From: Thermoproteaceae archaeon
GTDB lineage: Archaea; Thermoproteota; Thermoprotei; Thermoproteales; Thermoproteaceae
Assembly: GCA_020833025.1 (NCBI GenBank)
Contig: JAJHRB010000027.1
Span: 1-18,382 of the forward strand
DNA: 18,382 nt
Direction: 5' to 3'
Position 1 is the first letter of the stretch. Each line of letters starts with the position of its first letter. Below are positions 13,563 through 18,382 of this stretch, one piece after another. The notes under the pieces are model-generated. The model made no database searches. It had not been told where the DNA came from and saw only the letters and a list, made by a program, of their open reading frames with translations. A program made the position numbers and the translations under genes.

Positions 13563-13899
13563 GCTTTTCCTCGCCGGCCCTCCCGCACCTGGCAACTCTG
13601 ATCGGCCTCCTTCTGGCGAGAGCCCCCGCGATCTTGTACCTGGCCTGCTCGAGCACGCGCCAGAATGTCGCCTTTGAGAGGCCCATTCTCCGCGCCGCCT
13701 CCTCAGTAGTTAGGCCCTCGACGTGCACTAAGAATACCGCCTCAAGCTCGTAATCGCAGAGCATCACGCAGTCGGCAGCTGCCGGGGCCTCGTGCGGGCT
13801 CACCGGCACGTAGACGGCGGGCTCTACCGGCAGGCTCGCGCGCATGGGGCTCCTGGCCCCGGCCGCTCCCCACCGGTGGCGGCATCTACGCCTGCGCAC
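13549..13899 (-). CDS. DUF134 family predicted DNA-binding (HTH) protein, 116 aa
   Basis: V-L-DYELEAV-LVH-EGLT-EEAARRMGLSKATFWRVLEQARYKIA-AL is the DUF134 core. GTG 13899 has GAGG upstream, 10 nt after the purP stop. Confidence 0.8.
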   Translation of the reverse strand: MRRRRCRHRWGAAGARSPMRASLPVEPAVYVPVSPHEAPAAADCVMLCDYELEAVFLVHVEGLTTEEAARRMGLSKATFWRVLEQARYKIAGALARRRPIRVARCGRAGEEKLNNQ

Positions 13900-13909
13900 G
13901 GCGCCTCGC

Positions 13910-14941
13910 TCAGGAGAAGAGCCGCTCGAGCCTGCCCCGCCTCGCAGCCTCGCGGATCTCGTGGGCAATTCTCTCTCCCATGTCCATCGGCCTGTCGAAG
14001 TACAGAACCGAGTAGGGCGACCCGTAGCCCATGTACGTGTTCGTCCCGGCGACTATCCTCCCGGAGAACTCGAACACGACGATTGTCAGGTCGTCGCGTA
14101 TTATAGACTCTAGGCAGTAGGGCCCCGCCATACTGCACCCCACGAGCTCCTCGACGGCGCGCGCGAACTGGACCCCGTACCTCCACACAGTCGGCAGGAG
14201 TGACTCCCTGAGGACCAGCGGGAGGTTCCCGACGACGACAAACGTCGGCTCAGCAAGGCCGAGAGTCCTGCCGTCGACGTTCGACTCGTACCTCACGTCA
14301 GCGCCGAAGACCTCGACCCTCTCGTAGACGGGAGACGCGAAGTAGTGGTAGTACGCCGGGACGCCAATTATGTACTCCTGAATTACGGCGCCCTCGGCCA
14401 GCCCTCCCGACGCCCTCACTCTGGCCTCGAGCTCCTCCCTGCTCCTCGCGATGAAGTACCCCCTGCCGCCCTTGGCGCCGGGGAGCTTCACGATGACAGG
14501 CCCGTCGACCTCGCTCGCGGACCTGTAGACCCTCGGCGTCTGCACTCCCGCCCTCTCGAGCAGCAGCATTTTCTTCCGCTGGTCAGCCTCCCACGCGATC
14601 AGCTCCCTGCAGCCGAGCGTGGGGACCGGGGCCTCCAGCGCCTGCCTCCAGCCGACGTACTCGACGTAGGAGCCGTGGGGCACTAGCACGGCGCAGCTCT
14701 CCACGAGACTCTCGGCGACCTTCCTAAAGTTGCCGAGGTCGGCTCTCCAGACCTCGTCTATGAAGCCGAACTGTCTGTAAAACTCCGCCGCCCTCTCGCT
14801 CCCGGCGACGGCAATTGTCCTGAAGCCGTATCTCTTGGCCCCTCTGAGAATCTGCAGCGCGGTGTGCGAGGCTATTGTCGCTACCGCGAGCCTATCGGGG
14901 TCGTAGCGTTTCAGTGCCTGCGCCACGCCGGCAGTTGACAC
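13910..14941 (-). CDS. purP: FAICAR synthetase PurP family (ATP-grasp, formate-dependent), 343 aa
   Basis: ATIASHTALQIL-GAK, PHGSY, AKGGRGYF, IQEYI-G-P-Y-HYF-SP, RYESNVDG, GN-P-VLRESLL, GPYCLE, FEFSGRIVAGTN and GERIA-EI. Confidence 0.88.
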   Translation of the reverse strand: MSTAGVAQALKRYDPDRLAVATIASHTALQILRGAKRYGFRTIAVAGSERAAEFYRQFGFIDEVWRADLGNFRKVAESLVESCAVLVPHGSYVEYVGWRQALEAPVPTLGCRELIAWEADQRKKMLLLERAGVQTPRVYRSASEVDGPVIVKLPGAKGGRGYFIARSREELEARVRASGGLAEGAVIQEYIIGVPAYYHYFASPVYERVEVFGADVRYESNVDGRTLGLAEPTFVVVGNLPLVLRESLLPTVWRYGVQFARAVEELVGCSMAGPYCLESIIRDDLTIVVFEFSGRIVAGTNTYMGYGSPYSVLYFDRPMDMGERIAHEIREAARRGRLERLFS

Positions 14942-15010
14942 CCGGCCAAAAAACTGCCTCCGGTCAGCCTCAGCTGCAGCACTGTTAAGTAGCGGGTCGC
15001 GATAGCGCGC

Positions 15011-15763
15011 GTGGAGGCGGCAGTGCTAGCCCTCCAGAGGCACGTCGGGTACGTCCAGCCCTCTCTGTATATCGCAAAATATGTCTATCTTGTCGACATC
15101 GTCGAGAGGGCCAGGCAGCTGCTGGGCGGCGACTTCCTGAAAAGGCTGCTCGAGGCCGTAGAGGAGGGCGTGAGGCATGAGGTCTCCGAGATCCTTAATG
15201 CGAGCGACATTGATGAGAGGTTCCCCACGCTGGCGACCAAGTTCTGGCTCAGGCTGGCCCTCTCCACGCTCGAAGTGAGCCAGAGAGTTCTCAGCTCCCC
15301 GGATTTCTCAAGGAAGGTCGCGGAGGTGGAGAGAGCCCTTGCGCGTGAACTAACAAGCCTCTTAAAGCGCACTGGCTACGCGCGGGCAGAGGATCTTGCA
15401 CTTGGCCTCTCGGCGCTGACGGAGTACGACCTATGGCTTCTCGATAGAGCCTCTGAAATTGGGCTTGAGCCTTTACTAGAAAGGCTGTGCGAGAGGGCGC
15501 CGTGTGAAACGCTCTTGCTGCAGTCATACCTGAGCTGCCTGCTCTTCGCGTGGGTCTCGGCAGTCTCGGCAGTCACGGGAGTTGTGGGGAGATTCAGGGA
15601 GGAGAATAGAGACATCCTGGCGGCCCGGTGCAGGGAATATGCTGAGGAGGTCGACGCGTACGTCGACACTGTTGACACGCTTCTCGACGACGACGCTTAC
15701 GAGGCCCTCAAGAGGCTTGGGCTCGTTTGTGGGTGTGAGCGCCGGCTGCAGGCTAATACTTGA
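15011..15763 (+). CDS. All-helical 250-aa protein, probable antitoxin partner of the downstream RelE
   Basis: First gene of a two-gene operon, with its 3' end overlapping the relE start. Acidic C-terminus (EYAEEVDAYVDTVDTLLDDDAYE). TTAAGT lies 26 nt before the GTG. Confidence 0.6.
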   Translation: MEAAVLALQRHVGYVQPSLYIAKYVYLVDIVERARQLLGGDFLKRLLEAVEEGVRHEVSEILNASDIDERFPTLATKFWLRLALSTLEVSQRVLSSPDFSRKVAEVERALARELTSLLKRTGYARAEDLALGLSALTEYDLWLLDRASEIGLEPLLERLCERAPCETLLLQSYLSCLLFAWVSAVSAVTGVVGRFREENRDILAARCREYAEEVDAYVDTVDTLLDDDAYEALKRLGLVCGCERRLQANT

Positions 15764-15992
15764 GAGGCCCGCGGAAAAAGCCCTGAATAAGCTGCCAGAG
15801 CGCGAATCAAGAAGGATTCGCGAGAGGCTAAGCCAGCTGGCGCTAAGTCCCTCGTGCGAGAGGAGGCTGAGAGGGAGACTAGAGGGTCTGTGCAGAGCGC
15901 GCGTCGGCGCATACAGGATCGCGTATTACCTGAGTTCGTGCGAGGTTCGCGTTATCAGAATCGGGAGGCGTGAGAGCGTGTACGAGACCTAG
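15729..15992 (+). CDS. relE: RelE/ParE family toxin (ribosome-dependent mRNA interferase-like), 87 aa. Alternative start GTG 15735.
   Basis: LILERPAEKALNKL...RIRERL-QL...P...LRG...RARVGAYRIAY...V-VIRIGRRESVY is the RelE pattern. Confidence 0.85.
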   Translation: MGVSAGCRLILERPAEKALNKLPERESRRIRERLSQLALSPSCERRLRGRLEGLCRARVGAYRIAYYLSSCEVRVIRIGRRESVYET

Positions 15993-16008
15993 CGCGCGAG
16001 GCGCGGCG

Positions 16009-16791
16009 TTAGACGACTATGCCGAAGGGGTGCAGCAAGAACTTCAGCGAGACATAGGAGAACACCAACCCGAACACCAGCTTCATGGTCCACACGGGAG
16101 CCCTCGGGACGAGCCTGGCGCCGATCTGAGCGCCCGCGGCCGCCCCCGCGCCCACAATCACGGCGGCCAGCACGTCTGCCAGTCCCTGCCACAGCTTGAT
16201 TGCAGCTGACACTCCCGCCATGCTTATGAAGGATGCCATGGACGTGCCCGCTGCAATTTTCATGGGCGCGTGGAGGGCGTACACGAATATCGGCACGAGC
16301 GCGTAGCCCCCGCCGAGCCCGATAATGCCGGTGAGAGCGCCGACGAGAAAGCCTATTGCGGCCTTCGCGGCGGGAGACCCAGGCACCTTCCTGCCGGCGC
16401 CTCCTGCGGCCCTCCTCGCGAGCCCCTCGTACACCAGCCTCACGGCGACATATATGAACGCCGCGCCGAGTATGAGCTCGAGGAGCCAGGTGTGCCCCAT
16501 GAGGAGCGCGAATATGGCGGATCCCGCGACCGCCCCGGCAGCCCCGGAGGCCGCCACTATTTTTGCGGTCCTGCCGTCTATGTTCTTAATCAGCGCGTGC
16601 GCGATGGCGCCCGAGGCCGCCGTTATGGTCACCACTAAGACGTTCGTGGCGATAGCCGCCGGGACGGAGTAGCCGAATAGAAACCTCAAGGAGGGCAGTA
16701 TTATGACGCAGCCGCCGGTCCCGATGAAGCTGCCCAGTATGCCCCCCAGCACCCCGACTACCGCCATCAGGGCGCCCGTAATCCAATCCAC
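16009..16791 (-). CDS. TSUP / TauE-SafE family exporter, 260 aa
   Basis: Two repeats, GG-LG-FIGTGGC-I-LP-L and G-LTG-IGLGGG-LVP, plus AAGTS, and about 8 TM helices. TATAAAT (16821-16815) favours GTG 16791 over 16809. Confidence 0.85.
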   Translation of the reverse strand: MDWITGALMAVVGVLGGILGSFIGTGGCVIILPSLRFLFGYSVPAAIATNVLVVTITAASGAIAHALIKNIDGRTAKIVAASGAAGAVAGSAIFALLMGHTWLLELILGAAFIYVAVRLVYEGLARRAAGGAGRKVPGSPAAKAAIGFLVGALTGIIGLGGGYALVPIFVYALHAPMKIAAGTSMASFISMAGVSAAIKLWQGLADVLAAVIVGAGAAAGAQIGARLVPRAPVWTMKLVFGLVFSYVSLKFLLHPFGIVV

Positions 16792-16834
16792 GGGTGAACG
16801 GATGTACACCTGCTATTTATACTTTGCGCTGCCG

Positions 16835-17410
16835 TCACGCCCTCGCCCACATAAGAAAGCGCCTTATGAGCTCTATCCCGGCCCTGCCGCTCCGCTCTGG
16901 GTGGAACTGCACGCCGAGAATCGCGCCGCGGCTGACCGCGGCTGCGTACTTCTTGCCCAGCTGCACGTAGGCGACGTAGCTCTCGTCGCCCTCGCGCCAC
17001 GGCACCCCGTACCCGTGCATGTAGTAGTAGTACCCCTCTTGAACGACGTCGTGGCCTCTGGGGACGTGGGTGTAGGTCCAGCCGATGTGCGGCACCTTTC
17101 TGGCCTCCACCCGCTCTGCGACGCCCCTGAACAGCGCGAGACCGCGCCCCCCGCCCTCCTGGCTCCCCTCGAAGAGCAGCTGCATGCCGAGGCATATGGC
17201 GAGAGTCGGCCTCTCTAGCACAGCCGCTCTGAACTCGCGGACTACCCTGCAGGCGGCCGCGTACGTGCCAACCCCGGGCAGCACTAGCGCGTCGGCGTCT
17301 CTCGCCTCCTCGGGCCTTCTAATGATGACGGGCCCCGCCCCGGCGCGCCTCAGCGCGTTCAAGACGCTGCCGATGTTGCCCACGGTGTAGTCAACAACCC
17401 CGACGCGCAC
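16835..17410 (-). CDS. hisH: Imidazole glycerol phosphate synthase, glutaminase subunit, 191 aa
   Basis: VVDY-VGNIGSV, LPGVG, ICLGMQLLFE (catalytic Cys), VPHIGW, YY-HGY and QFHPERSG. Confidence 0.95.
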   Translation of the reverse strand: MRVGVVDYTVGNIGSVLNALRRAGAGPVIIRRPEEARDADALVLPGVGTYAAACRVVREFRAAVLERPTLAICLGMQLLFEGSQEGGGRGLALFRGVAERVEARKVPHIGWTYTHVPRGHDVVQEGYYYYMHGYGVPWREGDESYVAYVQLGKKYAAAVSRGAILGVQFHPERSGRAGIELIRRFLMWARA

Positions 17411-17496
17411 GACGCGGCCCTAGCGCCCCCCTCTATGTGCTTTCCTCCGCGCGCCGCCCCGGCGGCATCTTCATTTAGCCGGCCGGCCCTCTCCGC

Positions 17497-18255
17497 GTGC
17501 CGGCCGTCAGGATAATCCCGTGCCTTGACGTTAACGGAAGGGCGGGTGTTGTGGTCAAGGGCGTCAACTTCGCGGGGCTGCGAGAGGTGGGGGATCCCGT
17601 CGAGATAGCGGTGAGGTACGAGGAGGAGGGCGCTGACGAGATCGCCGTGCTCGACGTGACGGCGACTCCAGAGGGCCGGGGCACGTTCGTAGAGACCGTC
17701 AGGCGCGTCGCCGAGGCCGTCACGATACCCGTTCTAGTGGGCGGCGGCGTGCGGAGCTTGAAGGACGCAGAGGCTCTCTTCAAGGCCGGCGCGGACAAGG
17801 TCTCTGTGAACACAGCCGCGGTCAGAAGCCCCGGGCTCGTGAGCGAGATAGCCAGGGAGTTCGGCGGCCAGTCCACCGTCGTCGCCATAGACGCCAAGCG
17901 CGTCGGCAACGCGTACGAGGTGTACGTTAGGGGCGGGCGCGAGCCCACGGGCCTGGACGCGGTGGAGTGGGCGAGGAGGGTCGAGGAGCTCGGCGCCGGC
18001 GAGATCCTCCTGACGTCAATTGACAGAGACGGCACTAAGCTCGGGTACGACCTGGAGCTCGTAGCGCGCGTGGCCTCCGCCGTCCGCATTCCCATCATCG
18101 CCTCGGGCGGCGCGGGCGCGCTCGAGCATTTCTACGAGGCCGTCGCGGCGGGGGCCGACGCGGTGCTTGCCGCGTCTCTCTTCCACTTCTGCCAGCTGAC
18201 CGTGCGGCAGGTTAAGCGGTACCTCGCAGAGAGGGGCGTGGAGGTCAGGCCGTGA
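17497..18255 (+). CDS. hisF: Imidazole glycerol phosphate synthase, cyclase subunit, 252 aa
   Basis: RIIPCLDV...[65 protein letters not shown] and AASLFH. Confidence 0.97.
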   Translation: MPAVRIIPCLDVNGRAGVVVKGVNFAGLREVGDPVEIAVRYEEEGADEIAVLDVTATPEGRGTFVETVRRVAEAVTIPVLVGGGVRSLKDAEALFKAGADKVSVNTAAVRSPGLVSEIAREFGGQSTVVAIDAKRVGNAYEVYVRGGREPTGLDAVEWARRVEELGAGEILLTSIDRDGTKLGYDLELVARVASAVRIPIIASGGAGALEHFYEAVAAGADAVLAASLFHFCQLTVRQVKRYLAERGVEVRP

Positions 18256-18262
18256 GGGCCAT

Positions 18263-18343
18263 ACCGCAGCTGAAGCCCCCCGCGATTACAACCGCGTCGT
18301 AAACCCCGCTCCTGTAGTCCTTATGCCACACGATCTCGCTAAC
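18263..18343 (-). pseudogene. purQ: 27-codon remnant of purQ (FGAM synthase glutaminase subunit)
   Basis: The minus frame reads VSEIVWHKDYRSGVYDAVVIAGGFSCG, matching the PurQ segment VWH...YDAVV-(P/A)GGFSYGDYLR. It then diverges (MALTA) and stops at 18245-18247 inside hisF. Confidence 0.65.
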
Positions 18344-18382
18344 TGTGAGGACTCCATTGCGCCATGCCAGAGGGCGAAAAAA

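Noticed and set aside
13900-13968. Longer DUF134 start (139 aa)
   Set aside because: It overlaps the purP 3' end. GTG 13899 has an SD-like GAGG and gives a typical basic N-terminus.
15582-15728. 136-aa version of RelE
   Set aside because: The extension is an alternate frame of the upstream gene, and RelE similarity starts at about 15735.
18252-18302. 16-aa ORF overlapping the hisF stop (GTGA)
   Set aside because: Too short and without motif. The opposite strand explains the sequence as a purQ remnant.
1-18382. tRNA, rRNA, CRISPR array, IS/transposase, C/D-box sRNA
   Set aside because: No T-arm or cloverleaf signature, no periodic repeats and no transposase motifs were seen. RTGATGA hits (4312, 9816, 12338, 17322) lie in CDSs without suitably spaced CTGA boxes. 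This was a by-eye check only; tRNAscan-SE, Infernal and snoscan would be decisive.

Overview
Gene-dense, GC-rich archaeal chromosomal window, most likely from a Thermoproteaceae (Pyrobaculum/Thermoproteus-like) genome. This is inferred from the uL5 and HisF sequences, an orphan rpl5, GTG starts, leaderless promoters with a TATA box 26-28 nt before the start codon, and Cys-pair-rich proteins. The left half has a Roadblock/LC7 gene and phoU, then an intact sulfate-activation module: an AprM-like 5-TM anchor divergent from aprB-aprA, followed by sat coupled to an unknown 120-aa protein. Next come a leaderless 33-aa uORF overlapping a Cys/His-rich wHTH regulator, a stand-alone Cdc48/VAT N-domain-like gene, a PAC2-family protein and a secreted Tyr-rich protein. 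The right half has rpl5, lysE, a nitrilase, a TGT-fold protein with DpdA-like rather than tRNA-TGT motifs, DUF5320/DUF134, purP, a large helical protein plus RelE (TA-like pair), a TSUP exporter, hisH, hisF and a 27-codon purQ remnant. Several operator-like palindromes sit between TATA boxes and start codons: CGCAC-N5/6-GTGC at three promoters, TGAAACATGTTTCA at DUF5320, and GTTAAC just upstream of both the aprB and sat TATA boxes. No tRNA, rRNA, CRISPR array or transposase was seen. All family calls come from motif recognition by eye; no database search was run.
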